This document shows positions 1 to 41,985 of a stretch of 47,163 nt of DNA, piece by piece. A program made the position numbers and the translations under genes. The notes under the pieces were generated by a model, which was given only the letters and a program-made list of their open reading frames with translations, was not told the DNA's origin and made no database searches. Position 1 is the first letter of the stretch, and each line of letters starts with the position of its first letter. This DNA comes from Lama guanicoe (taxonomy: Eukaryota), in contig MU053823.1 of NCBI GenBank assembly GCA_013239625.1, positions 852,930-900,092 on the forward strand. Reading direction: 5' to 3'.

Positions 1-1650
1 TCTTCTGGAAAGTTTGAGAAGGACTGGTATGAGTTCTTCTTTATATGTTTGGTAGAATTCCCCGGTGAAGCCGTCCGGTCCTGGACTTTTATTTGTGAGG
101 AAGTTTTCTTAATTGCTAATTCAATTTCATTTCTAGTGATCGGTTTGTTCAAGTGGTCAGTTTCTTGGTTCAGTCTTGGTGGACTGCATGTTTCCAGAAA
201 CTTGTCCATCTCCTCTAGGTTATCCATTTTGGTTCCATATTGTTTTTCATAATATTCTCGTATGATATTCTGTCTTTCTATATTATTTGTTGTAATTTCT
301 CCATTTTCCTTACTTATTTTGCTTACTTGTGATCTCTCTTTCTTCTTCTGTGTGAGTTTGGCTAGAGGTTTGTTGATTTTATTTACTTTTTCAAAAAACC
401 AACTTTTGGTTTGATTTATTTTTTTCTGTTGTTTTTTAATCTCTATTTTATTTATTTCCTCCCTGATCTTTATTGTTTCCTTCATTCTGCTTCCTTTTGG
501 GGTTTTTTTGCTCTTCTTTTTCTAGTTCTTTTAGCTGGTGGGTTAGATTGTTTATTTGAGATTGTTCTTTTTTGAGGAAGGCCTGTATCGCTATAAACTT
601 CCCTCTTAGCACTGCCTTTGCTGTGTCCCATAAATTTTGTGTGGTTGTGTTTTCACTTTCATTTGTCTCAAGGTATTTTTTAATTTCAATTTCGATTTCA
701 TCATTAGTCCATTGGCTTTTTAATAGCATATTGTTTAATCTCCATGCTTTCCTTTTTTTCTCTGTAGTTGATTTCTAATTTCATGGCATTGTGGTCAGTA
801 AAGATGCTTGAGAAATTTCTATCTTCTTAAAATTGTTGAGGCTTCTTTTGTGCCCAAGTACATGATCAATCCTAGAAAATGTTCCATGTGCACTTGAAAA
901 GAATGTATATCCTATTTTCGGGGTTATAATGCTCTGAAAATATCCACCAAATCTAATTTTTCTATTGTATCACTTAATTTCTCTGTTACCTTACTTATTT
1001 TCTGTCTGGAAGATCTGTCTAGTGATGTTAATGCAGTGTTAAAATCTCTGACAATGATTGTATTCCCATCAATATCCCCCTCTATCTCTGTTAGTAATTG
1101 TTTTATGTACTCAGGTGCTCCTATATTGGGTGCATATATATTAACGAGTGTAATATCCTCATCTTGTATGACTCCTTTAATCATTATAAAATGTCCTTCT
1201 TTATCTTTCTTTATGGCCTTTGTTTTAAAGTCTATTTTGTCTGAAATCAGTACTGCTACACCTGTGTTTTTGGCTTTTCCATTTGTATGGAATATTCTTT
1301 TCCATTCTTTCACTCTCAATCTATATGTGTCCTTCTCCCTAAAGTGGGTCTCTTGTATGCAGCATATTGAAGGTTCTTGCTTTATTATCCAGTCTGCCAC
1401 TCTGTGTCTTTTGATTGGAGCATTTAGTCCATTAACATTTACAGTAATTAATGATAGATGAGTGTTTATTGCCATTTTGAACTTATTTTTGTAGTTGATT
1501 TGGTATTTCCTCTTTGTTCCTTTCTTCTTCTTTTTGTGGTTTGGTAATTTTCCTTTGTATTATCACAGATTTTATTTAGTTTTTGTGACTCACTTGTAAG
1601 TTTCTGGCTTGTGGTTATCCTTTTTTAAAGTCTATTAACCCATTCCTATA
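1..1650 (-). mobile_element. LINE-1, 5'-truncated and degenerate, in an intron of gene A; includes the ORF2 endonuclease N-terminus
   Basis: ORF 924..1475(-) MAINTHLSLITVNVNGLNAPIKRHRVADWIIKQEPSICCIQETH...NIYAPN is the L1 ORF2 APE endonuclease; 448..729(-) NLWDTAKAVLRGKFIAI continues ORF2 after a stop/frameshift; element runs off the window start. Confidence 0.95.
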
Positions 1651-2932
1651 ACATAGCACTTTACTTATTTCAACACTTATCTCTCTCTCTCTCTCTCTCA
1701 CACCCCTCCCCACGCACAAACACACACACCCCATTCAGGTATACCTTGAGTGATATGCTAGGAGTTGCCTGAAGTCCACAGCTGGGATTATGTGCTGGTA
1801 GATATTTCAAAAGTAGAGGTTCATTCTTTTCCTTGTCTCTCTTTCTTCATCTTTTTGTCTTTTCCATATGAAGGCCAAAGAGGTATTACACGATTAGACC
1901 TTATACTGATGACATTTTTCCTACAAGTAGACATTGAGAAGTGATGAATTCTCTAATCTGAAATTGAGCGGCTGCCTCACAGAGGTCCTGCCATCATTAG
2001 TGCAGAAGTTCTCTGCATAGAGCAGGAATTTGATAGAATGATATAGAAATAATATACAAATTCTGATGTTTTATGACATGTTACCATGTACACTTCAGTT
2101 TTCTTGTGTTGTTTCAAACTTATATATATTTCTGTTTTAATTCTTTTGTGTATTTTTCAGTCTTTGTCATTTCTGCTTCATTGCAATACAGAATTTTCTC
2201 AGTATATTTATGTCTCTATTGCAGACATTTCTGTCTTACTTGGTATATGTGTCCACCTATCTTCTCTGAATCCTACTTATTCTATCCTGTATATTCCCTT
2301 TTTTAAGAGATTCATTTTACTACAGTAATCTTCACTTGCCCACCTGTCATACTGAATAACAGATAAGAGTAGCTTAGAATCTGATTAATAGTTTCCCACT
2401 GAAAATTACATAAATGGAATTTGAATATAAATTAATTATATGCTTATGGACAAATTATTTTTAATATGCACTACTTATTATCACAGACCATTACCATTAA
2501 TTTATATTTGCTTTCCTACTTTACTGACTAGCATGAATTTAAAGGATTTACATGTCACTCGATTTTATTCCTCTATTTATTTATTCAATAAATATTTATT
2601 AAGTCCCTATCATGATACTTAGAGAAGCTTCTCGATATATACTTGTTGAATGAATGCATAAAAGTGAAAGGCACTGTCCTAACAGCAGAAACACAAGGTG
2701 AATAAGACATGCAAGGTGCTTATTCTAGGGGAGCTTTCATTTAGGGGTGTGTGTGTGTGTGTGTGTGTAGGTGTCTGTGTTTATATTTGTTATGGGGTGT
2801 GGAAGGTGATAAACAAGTGAACAGATAAAGTCATTTCAGCTGGTAATAAGATCCAGGGAATGTCTCAGCCCAGTAGACTATAAAGTCTGTGTTTTGACTC
2901 ATCCTTTGGAATCAGCCAAGGACACTGAATAA

Positions 2933-7368
<4,436 letters not shown>

Positions 7369-7422
7369 AGCCGTTTTGAAGCAAGAAACTCTTCAGGGAA
7401 TCGTCTGTAATATTGTTTCTCA

Positions 7423-7502
7423 AATAAATGAGAATCCTGTCTTCTTCCTTACTGCAAAGTTTTTACATGTAACTATGATTAAAGGAAATTATTCATAATA
7501 AA
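7423..7502 (+). terminator. Candidate polyadenylation signals of gene A
   Basis: AATAAA at 7423-7428 and 7497-7502, shortly after the stop. Confidence 0.6.
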
Positions 7503-9918
7503 TACTCTGAGCTTAACAGACAAATGCTTCTCTCTTAAGAATCTCGGTGTATTGACCTCCACTGACCTTGGACAAGTCAGTCTTCAAATGCACTCCTTTC
7601 CCAAAATGAAATCTCAGCTGAAAGTCAGTGTTATCACCATCCTACTGATTACACACTTGCCTTCCTTTAGATACAGAGAAATTCACGCTTTCTTAAATAG
7701 CATAAAACTCTGAGATCTGGTCCTGAACTAAGTGTTTACTCTTAGAAAAGTAAACTCAGAAATACGTAACTGAATATTCCAAAATAGCCCACCCACCTCT
7801 ACTAAAACCTGGAAGTGATGTTCAAAATGAATGAAGTTTGTCAGCCTCACAAGAAGCTGTGAAAATTACACAAGAGGACCAGGGTAAAAAGGGCAGAAGG
7901 ACCAAAGAGAACTAAGCTTGGTAAATTGAGTTATTGCTGAAGTGACCAATTCCAAGCAGGGTCTGACTCACTCTCTAACAGTAATGCCTAGTGGTGCTGC
8001 CATACTGCTAGGTTATTACATTGGAAGTTGCCATGTAACATAATCCCTGACACTTTCAAGTCTTTGTGACTTTCTCCACTCTGCCCAGAATAGATATTTA
8101 TGGGTGTTAACTACTCGTGAAGTTTCAGGAAAATCTAGGGACTTCCAGTGAGTCCTCCCAAATGACATTGGAAAGACCTCCAAGCTTAATATGCAACCTG
8201 CACCCTTAAAGGAAAACATTTCACATGAATTCTTTCCCCACATGACATTCTGGCTGCCTTGTCATAATTACTACTATGCAGAGCTTTCTGGCTTTAGTTG
8301 CAGACCCTGGAATGACAAATCCTCCCAAACCACCCTGCACAAAAGGCCCTTTCACAGGCAACATGGACCACTTGGGGTGATTGCCCTGATCTCCCTGGTC
8401 TAAGCACTCTGAAAGTCTGTCCACCACTCCCAGCTGCTTCTTGAGCACCCAACCAAAAGTTAGGCTCATGCTGCTGGAAGTCTCCCAAATCTGGGTGGTG
8501 AAGCTTGTCCTATCCATCTCTCCCTTAATTTTATCTGATTTTTATCATCAAAATTTATTAACCAGCTCTCTATTTTAGCTTGTTGACATCATGCAGAAGA
8601 AGTAAAACACAGTCATCTTGTTGGATATACTTTACCTTGTCATTCATTTCATCACTTCCCTATGGCAAATGGCCATAAAAGCTTCACTGGGAGAAGGACT
8701 GGGCATCTTTCAGGTCCCATGCCCAGCCCAAAATTACAGAAGATTACGTGGGTGTAGTCTGTATCCCCCTGCAGACAGCATCCCCCTGCAGACAGCATCC
8801 AGAGTCATCCACTAAGTAACAGGGTGGGCTCGGCTCATAAACAGGCCCCCACTCTGAGTTCTTATATTAATTCAGCAGCCTCTCCACATGCTCACCTTGG
8901 AATAGGGTGCTCTGGAAACGTGGCATTTACTTGGCTGCTCTTACAAGACAGCTCCCTCTGCCCTGAAAAATCACAGCAGGCTCACATTTATGTGTTCAGT
9001 AGTTACCAGATCAAAGCAATCTTGAAGCAATATGTTTACAGAGAAGAAGCCCAATGATCTGAAATTCTTCCTCTAAGAGTTCAGTCATGTCAGAAACTTC
9101 CATCCACGTCTGCAAAACCCAAGAAGCCAAACATTCCTGATCTTTCTGTCCATGTTCCTCTGGATCCTCTCTGTTTAGGTCTCCTATCCCTTGATTTCTT
9201 GTCCCTCTTGGATGCAGGTGTGTGGGTGAGCACCAATTTGTCCTCCATTAACTTGTAGTTAAGGGAGACATGAGTTGATATAATTCATGTAGAAGGTTTT
9301 ATAATTGGACAGACAAGAAATGGCAACATCCTGAAGAAATAGGAGGAAGTGATGGAGAGAAACAATTGAAGTTAAAATGATTTGATAACCAACTAGACAT
9401 GAGAGAAGAGCAAGGAGGAGTCTATAAGGGCTTGAGGAATAAATGAAAAGAGAAACCTAGGGAATTTGATATGAAAAGAAAATGGAAGAGATAATAGAAT
9501 GAGTTTTTAATTGGCCAAAGAAAATATAGGCAGGATACGGAGAAATATATTCATCCTCTCCCACTAGCCAATTTCCCACCTTCACTCTGAAACTCACACC
9601 CGAGTCTGGTGCCCAAGAACTGGTTAACAGCAGATGATGTGACATCTCGTGAAAAGCACACATGAATGTTCAGGACTGGGTATTTTCCATGAGTTCATCT
9701 TGTTAGGGTGAGGGTGTGAGTGTGCACCAAGTTTAGAGTACTTGTCTGAGTAAGAGAGACCCGGAGCATTTCAGGGCCTTGGCAGAGTCATGCCTTCATT
9801 GGCCTTTGGGGGAGGTGAGAAAACAGGTCAGTTCACTCACCTTCTATTTCCTTTGAGGACCAATATTCTAAGACTACTTGACAAGAAACGTTAAATTACC
9901 AACAGAGGGGAAAAGAAC

Positions 9919-9924
9919 TTTATT
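9919..9924 (-). terminator. Polyadenylation signal of gene B
   Basis: AATAAA on - strand about 110 nt after the stop; conserved in the gene C copy near 45017-45022. Confidence 0.7.
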
Positions 9925-10035
9925 CAGAATACATACTCTGAGCAGTTTCCTTATAATGCAATGATAGGTCAACACAGCTCTACTGAAATACAGGCAGTTA
10001 GAATGTCGGAGCCCTCATCTCATATTAACACAGCA

Positions 10036-33964
<23,929 letters not shown>

Positions 33965-36249
33965 CCTGAGCCCCGAGTCATCAAGGGCACAGTCCCAGCT
34001 GCAAAATACCCCTGTGAGGGCACCGACACAGGTCTATGTAGACCCATCCCCTGACATCCTCCCTCCTGACAGCCAATAGAGGCATCTTTTACCATTTCAG
34101 ATGCTATCGGAGGCTTCATCTGCCACTATCTGAAGCTCGAACACCAATTAGCTTCTGACTCTTCAACATCTCCTTATAAGAGCAACAGGGTCCTTTGCCG
34201 GGACCGAGGCTGGCGTAGAAAAGCTGCATCAACAAGCATGTGTGGCTTTCTCTCCCCCCGATCGTTCTGGCTGATCACCGCAGACTGTGAGATGTCTCAG
34301 AGTCAGATTATGGGAATCGGTTGGCGTGTGGAATCAAGCACTGTTCATCCCTGTGACTGAGCTCATAGCCAGAGAAGCACATGAAGGCTTGAAATACAAG
34401 AATAATTATCAGGCCAGCAGAAAATGAGGACCAGGAGCACAGGAGATCACAGGTGAACATGGAGGGGATGAGGTGGGAACCACCACTTTGGGCAGGTGAG
34501 GGTGTTGGTCTTTCCCCACTTCTCAGAATGATCTGGAGGCTGGGTCCTGGGGAACAGAGGGGCTCAAGAGAACAAGGGGCTTTGACAGAACATAACGTTT
34601 CCCCATCGGGGATCTTTCTCAGCTCGTAGGACCACTCTGTCCAGCACTCACATGTCCCCGGGGGTACCTGCTCCCTCTCCAGAATGACAGGGGGGTGCAG
34701 TCGAGAGGGTATTTTCAGACCCGATCTCCTCCCCTCTCTGCAGCTGCCCAGGCCAGCAGTCCTGCCCTGAGGGCCGGGCTGGGGCTCAGGGGCCTGAGCC
34801 AATTGGCTGATGCCCGTGTACAATTGTTTTCCTGCACCCACCCTTCCACTCTTTTGGAATCTCTTCTAATTCATAGCTTGATGTAGCATGAAATTTAACC
34901 CCAAATCTATCTTACCTTTGCTCTCCCTAATACTTGTACTCATTCTCTTTTCATTTTTGATGCTTTTATTGTCAGTCACACCAGAGAAAGAAACAAGGGG
35001 AGGTGGAAATAAAAAGTGCTCACAAGCTATGAATGCTCACTTAGGTAAAAGTTGCAAGTTACTGGTGCAGCACATGACACACTGTCAGCTAGCACTTGCT
35101 AAGCATCTACTCCCCACCACTGCACATAAGCACTGCCGTGGGCTGGGGATAAAGCAGCGAGCAAGGGAGCCCTATCCCTGATGTCACGGTGCTCACAGTC
35201 AAGCTGGGAGTGAGACATTATACAAATATACACATAAACAAACATATGTATATATGGACTACATTTATTTATTTAACAGTATATGTGAAAAAGTAGGAAG
35301 GAAAACCACAGTGAGTAACAAGAAGCTATGTTACGGAGTGGGGACTGCCAGGAGGTTGAACCCAGACAGGGGAAGCTGGTTTTTGGAAGGAATATCTAAA
35401 GTGATATGTGAGGACTGACTTGCAGTTGACCAGGAAAATCGAGACCATCAGCTCACACCCATGGCCCCTCCCTCTGCCCTGCTGCTCCTGGAAACTATGC
35501 ACTTTCTGAATTTTTTGGAATTCTATTTTTCTATTCATTTTCTATTCATATTGAAATTCTATTTTTCTAGTTCTTGCTCTTATTTTACCATCCCTGTCCT
35601 TCAATTCATCAACACCTCTTCTCCTTTCAGTGTCTTGCTCTAGTTGAGGTAGAATGCACTAAGAATTGGAGAAAGAATTGCAGATGAGATGATCGAGAGA
35701 CGTATTTGAGTGGACTGGGCTATAAATACCTAGAGCCAGCCCTCAGCGGGCCTAGAGTTTAGAAGAACTAAGCTGATATTGATGAACTCACTGGGAAGGA
35801 TGACCATGAGCAAGAGGGACAGTGAAGCTACCATCTTCTTCAGGGACCTGGTGAAAAATGCCACAAGGAGTGATGCTATTTTGGTAGTGATCCTACTGTT
35901 TTCATGTTTCACTGTGATTCATGATGTCCCAGAGACTAACGCTCTGATGCAGTAACAGGAGGGAAGTGTCAGGAAGTTCCAGCTAGAAAGAGCCTGAACT
36001 AAGGAGAAAGCACATGAAACTCTCAGGTTAACAGAGGTACTATAGAAGATAAGGCTGTAGAATCTGTGCATGAAAAAAAAAGGTAATCGGATGGAAAAAA
36101 AATTGCAAACACTACATCTCTGTAACCTGCAGACTAACAGTGGAATGAACTCAATCAGACTGATTCACTGATACCAACTTTGGTCAACAGGTGCTCTACT
36201 AGGGGAAAGTGTCCCTTCATCCACTTGGCAGGCATCAAAGGGAAACTGG

Positions 36250-36820
36250 GAAGTTCTCTGTTAGAGCTCAGGGAAACTTTTGCCTTACTACATCATTGGT
36301 TCATTACAAAAGGGCATAACTCAGGAGCAGCCAGATGGAAGAGATGCAAGGTACCTAAGGCAGGTCTGGAGAAAAGGCGCTGAGCTTTCACACCCACTCC
36401 CAGCACACCACTCCCCCAGCACCCACACATGGTCACCAACCCTAAAGTTCTCTGAACCCAGTCCTTCATTACGTGGGTGCAATAGATTCATTATTGGCCA
36501 CTGGTGACTGATTGAACATCCAGTCCTGCTCCTGTCATCAGAAGTCGGGGCAGTGTAGGGGAGGGAGAGCTGGAAGTCCCACACCTCTAACCACTTGCCC
36601 TGGATGGATCTACTGGCAATCAGACCTATTCTTAGCTGTTTCCCAAACTCGTCTCATTTACAACACAGAAGACACTTTCATCATGCCCAACACTAAGGAA
36701 ATTCCAAAGGTTTGGGGCACTGTAAGCCAAAAACTAGAAACAAAGGGAAAACATGTGGAAGAGACATTTTGGGGTCATTTCAATGACCAAACTGTACGTT
36801 TTATAAATCACATTATCACA
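36250..36820 (-). mobile_element. MER21-like LTR
   Basis: ttattacaaaagggcataactcaggagcagccagatggaagagatgca-type core, ggaaattccaaaggttt, ends ataaatcacattatcaca. Confidence 0.7.
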
Positions 36821-37440
36821 GTTACGTAATGCTGAGGCAAGAGAAGTTGAATAAATCCTGGTAAACACCATGTCATTAAGAAAGGAGATTAGCCAACCAT
36901 GGAAGACAAATGGGATATTGAACAAACACAACTTGTGAACTAATGCAAACTGTTTTTACTCCACTCATCTTGTACAAGATTTTGAGAAGGAAACATTTCC
37001 CTGCCTCATGGTAGATCCTAGGACTTTGAACTACTAAATAATAAACGGTCCCAAGGTCACTTTTAGTCACAAAACACACGCTCAGTGCAGTAATTAGAAA
37101 GTGTCCAGGTGGAACTCCCCTTTCACTCAGTCCAGAGAGGCCCCTGTTAGCCTGGCCCCCATTTTAGAGGACACTTTTCTGGCCTCCCAAGCAGTGGAAG
37201 AGTCAGTGGGCAGACCGGTCATGCCCACCCAGACAAAGTCCATGCCATCCCCCTTCTAGACCACCTCTGCCTTCTCAGAACCAGGAATTCCTTGCCCTAA
37301 AGGAGCCCAGCCTGTTTCAAGACCTGCAGCAGCCTCCTCCCAGCACGTCCTCTCCAGAGTGGACAGTGAGTGATCAGTCTTGGTCCTGAGGGTGACCGAG
37401 GGTCTGCTATTTGCTGTGGAAGTGGGGATGCACTTGAGAC

Positions 37441-37603
37441 CAGGGCTTCTCAAAGTAGGGCTCACCCACAAGCAGCATCCGCTTTACCCATGAGCTCGTT
37501 AGAGGTAAAACTTATCAGGCCACACCCAGGCCTAGTGAATAGCATCTGTGTGTCACAGATTTTCCTAGTTATTCTTAAGCACATCAACGTTTGAGTGGTG
37601 CTG
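37441..37603. mobile_element. MER5A-like hAT DNA transposon
   Basis: cagggcttctcaaagt...gcagcatc...cccaggccta.tgaat...acgtttgagtggtgctg terminal inverted ends. Confidence 0.7.
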
Positions 37604-39319
37604 GCTTATAGGGAACAAGGACACACGGGCTGGGTTGCAGCATCTGCTCACAGGCACCTTCTGGGCAGAGGTCACCTGCCTCAGACTGGGTAGCAAGAGG
37701 AAAAGCCTCTGGCTTCAACACTCAGCAAGAAAGGTGCCCAAATCCTCCTTCACAAAAACCCTCTTCACTTGACAGTACAATCCCTTTAATAGCCATAATC
37801 TGCTGCAAAGGGGCCAACTGCCATGGAACCAAGTCTAGCATATTTCTGTATTTACTTGTCAGGCTTCATAATGTCATATCTGCTATATTTCAATATCTTG
37901 GTGGAAATTCAGTTTTAATATTTTACTCCAGAAATAAAGAGCTAATAAAACAGTGGAATTACTCAAGCAGGGATTGTTAAGCCAGACAGTTCTCTTACTG
38001 ACCAACAGGATAGTCTGGTCTCTTGAAGGCATAGGATACTGTCTCATTGGAATCAAAGGGACATGTATCTTTGTTGGGAAGACGGGTTTATCAGCTGGCG
38101 GAGCCTGAAGTTATTAAACATTCCGACTAACTATCTAACTTCCCCTGTTCATTAAGTAGCTTTTCAATCATTTCATTATCCCCTTCTCCGCCCATGGACA
38201 TTACAGTTAGAAGATGCTTTAGTCAAATTTAGGTAAGAGCCAGCCCATGTGACAGTTGCAGCTCCCAGTGTAAAATGTGAAAAAGGTATTGGGATTTAAA
38301 GTTTAAACTGTTTTATCAAAAGTTGCAGTCAGTCGATATTCTACATCCTTATGAAAATAAGAACATGGGAACAGTTAGCCTCCTTATTGGTAACAATTTA
38401 TTCATCAGTACCAGAGAGAAAGGAGGGAAATGAATGAGGATAAGGAGGAAACTCAAAGAGAACATGCTGTATCTTCACTTTTATTTAATTTATTACCATA
38501 AAAATGTTTTCACTTAAGTTTTGTCCTCTTTTTAGATGATTTACTTGTAATTGATATCCAGAGAGGGAATTATTCTTATTACATTTGCAGAAGAGGAATT
38601 TCTCATTGGTCAAATGCCAAAAATATTACATTCTTTACCATAGTGCCTTGTAGTGTCTGAAAATCTTTCTATTCTTCTCTGAATCACTCAAATTCTTGCA
38701 GAAGGAAAAGGGAAAAGAAACCTATTTTTCATCCCACCCCATGTCTATATCACTTTCTCGTTCAGGAGTGGCTAGAGTGGGGAATGTTTTAGGCAAAGGA
38801 GATACTTGTGTGGTGACTGCCCCCAACTTCTACCCCTGCCCTTTCCCAGGCCTCACCGCCAGCCCTTGGCTCAAGTAGACATGGAATCTTTACATAGTGC
38901 TTGCTGGACTCTAGATGTCTCAACTACTTACATGATTCATTCTTACAAAGAAAAGTCCAACATAGATTGTAATCCAGTCACTGCTTCAGTGCATTTGTCC
39001 AAAGTGTGAAGGTTTCAGTTTCTAAGTGGATGCTGCTTGTCTAATAGTATCCGAGGTTCCACTTTGCAAGTGTGAAGTTTATAGGAACAACCCAAGGTGG
39101 CAGAGCTGGGAGTGACAAATTTCTAGAAGCTAAAGTAGTCAAGTAAATGTAATTGCTTGGTTTTCTTTAAAGGTCACAATTTATATGTCTTTTATAATTG
39201 AACATCTTAGAATGATCTGTTGATGAAGATGTCAGAGTTTCATTGAAATATAAAACTAATAAAAATAGAAATATAGGTAGACATTACAGAAATAGATAGA
39301 TGGGATGATAGATTAATGA

Positions 39320-39857
39320 TGAAATTGTGGAAAAAATGTGTTACAACTGAGTGTTATAACTCAGTTGTGACAGCTCACTCAGTTGTGACAGCTCAGTTGT
39401 GACAGCAACCTGGATCCGGGCAAGAGACCAAGCAGCACCTGGAGAATTGGAGAACTCAGGTTTATTACGCCAGCGGGCCCAGAGGAGTTAACACTCCAAG
39501 CTCTGGACCCTGACTGCAGGTTTACACTTTGCAACATCATATGCAAATAAGTTGTAATAAAACTTGACCAACTAAAAACAAGCTTTGTAGAAATAGATGA
39601 ATCAGGAGTGAGAGAAATAACCAATGAGGAGTGAGCTCCATGCAAATGAGGTACAACAAATGGACCAATCAGAAGTTAGGGAAATAACCAATCAGGAGTG
39701 AGCTAAAGGAACCAATAAAATTTTAGGGATAAGTACGCCATTTCAGAGGCAAAAAGTGAGATAGAGCCTCTGGGCCAGGGAACCAGATGGTGCTGGCAAG
39801 AGAGTAGTGACCCTACCTGGGGGTCACACCGGTCTTTTTATGGGGTTTCCCGCCCCA
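39320..39857 (-). mobile_element. Young ERV1-type solo LTR (538 bp) with 4 bp target-site duplication
   Basis: TG...CA termini, ATGA at 39316-39319 and 39858-39861, AATAAA on - strand at 39461-39466, four CCAAT boxes. Confidence 0.8.
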
Positions 39858-39881
39858 ATGATGGTGATGGTGATGGTGATA

Positions 39882-39893
39882 GACTAGATAGAC

Positions 39894-39924
<31 letters not shown>

Positions 39925-39965
39925 GGTGCCAGGTTGATAGATTGATGGATTGATAGATTGATAGA
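39882..39965. repeat. (GATA)n microsatellite and degenerate flanks
   Basis: Directly visible; similar gata/gatg repeats also lie left of the LTR. Confidence 0.9.
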
Positions 39966-41761
39966 AAGAATAGCGGTTATAGGGGGCTTTTAAAATATGC
40001 TAAATCCCTTTGTTTTTATTGAATTTCATTTTATGTGAAACATCCCTTTCAGTCAGTCACCAAATTACGTTTCGAGAGAAAAAGATAGTTTGTACATGAA
40101 CTAAGAGAAACAAGCACTCAACATTGAACTCTAGCCCTGAAAAAATAGGATTTTGGGGCCCCAAGAAGAAAATCAATCTCTTTCAAAGAATAAGGTTTTC
40201 TAAAGCTCAGCTCTTTCTCCCATTTATATATTCAGAGTTTGATTTGGTAGGACTTAGAACACAACTGTATTGTGCACCATAGCAAATGAAGATGCAAAAT
40301 ATAATTTAAGGGAAATGGCCTGGATAGAAAGGGGAAGTAGACAGTCTTTTACTAGAGGCTCCCTGCAGGCTGGGGGACAAAGGAGAGGCATGTGAAATAG
40401 AAGAGGGAGGTAGATGCTTCCTGAACCCATCAGTGACACCACCTCTTTCTCGGGTCAAGGTGGAGGTAAGGATGAAAGCTCAGATGAGTTAAGGGGAAAA
40501 CAAAAGCGCAAGGGGCTTATGCTCAGCTTAGCCATGGCTGCCTTGTTCTATTCTCCATTGATCAGAGAAGCTCCCACAGGCTCCCCAGAAAGTAGCCCTG
40601 GGATGAGTATCGAGACTGGGAAGGGCAGTAAGGGGATGCAGGTTAGTGACAAAATTCAAGATCAGGAACATGCTACCCCATTCTTCACACTCCCTCAGGC
40701 TCAGTGTTCCCATGATGCTCCCCTGCAGTCCACCCAAACCCACCCTCACGGCCCCTCCCCCAAGCTCTCAACATCTCTGCACACAGACATGGGGAGGAAG
40801 CGTTCTGTGACACCCCCGCCCCAGAGTCCCCACCACAGCTCAGACACACTCCGTGCCTTCCCCATCCCACACCTGATGCTCCGTGGGACCAACACGGAAG
40901 GCAGCCGCAAGTCAGACCCCAGCCTCCTCACGTCCCCACTAAAGGGACCCACCCAATTCAGGTCAGCAGACACAGCAGCTGTCTCCTTGCCATGCCCATT
41001 CCTTCTCCTTCAGACTCGGGTAAAGTAAAAGGGAGAAAAGACAATTGAGCACGTGCATCTCACCCTCTAAATATTCTAGTATTTACCCATGAAATTTCCA
41101 AGAATCATTCTCTTGTCATCTGCTCCTCTCTCTCCCAAGCCCTTGGCTGTACAGGAGCCCTACCTCCTTCCTGTCTCTATGCTTAACACATTAATGATAA
41201 TGACTCATGACAAATATCAGACCCACTATTTAATCTCAGGTGCTGGAGCAGGATCAGGATCTGCTCAGTCACTTCAGTTGATGCACTACTCCCTCTGGGG
41301 CCCAGATTTAGCATTTCTCACCAGTTGTGGACTCGACACCATCACCAGAAATCATTCGGCCGGAAACCTGGAACGCAGGCGGTGCTTGCTGGGGTCCAGT
41401 CCTCCCTTCCCACAGGATGACGTGCGGATGCCTTTAGTATAACCAGTTACACACAGTTTCACTTTGCTCAGGATGGACATCTCACACATATCACACTGTT
41501 ATGAGATCGAGACCCCGTCATGGGGGCGCGGGATGGGCTGGACAGGAGAGGGTCCACTCAGGGCTACTGTACTGTGTCCAAGCTGAAACACATACCCCAG
41601 AGCTTGCGGGGCAGGGTGAGCAAGGATGAACTGATACTCTGATAAAGGTAAGTCTTCTTTGACACAAAAAGAGACATCAGTGTACAATCCCGGCAGAGAT
41701 TTGACAAGGAAGCCAGTTCAGCGAGGACACCAACCTTGCTGGGTCCACACTGAACTTGAGA

Positions 41762-41985
41762 GAGTGCAGTGCAGTGTCAAGAGCACAGACTCCAGAGACA
41801 GACTGCCTTGTCTTGACCCTCAGATCTGCCACACACCATGCGTGTGTTCTTGAACAGGTCTCTTAAACTCCTGAGTGCTTGCTTCATCAACAAAATGAGG
41901 GTTATGATCATGGCTGGGTAATAGAATCTGGGTGAGGATTAAATGAGTTGGCATCAGTACCTGATAATGTAAGTGCTCACTAGCA
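41762..41985 (+). mobile_element. MIR SINE
   Basis: aagagcacagactccagagacagactgcct...aaaatgaggg...gtgaggattaaatgagtt...gtaagtgctca. Confidence 0.75.

Noticed and set aside
39360..39406. CRISPR-like short direct repeats
   Set aside because: Mammalian LTR tandem repeat with no unique spacers.
40414..41028. 204 aa intergenic ORF
   Set aside because: Low-complexity P/S/T-rich translation with no recognisable homology; consistent with chance.
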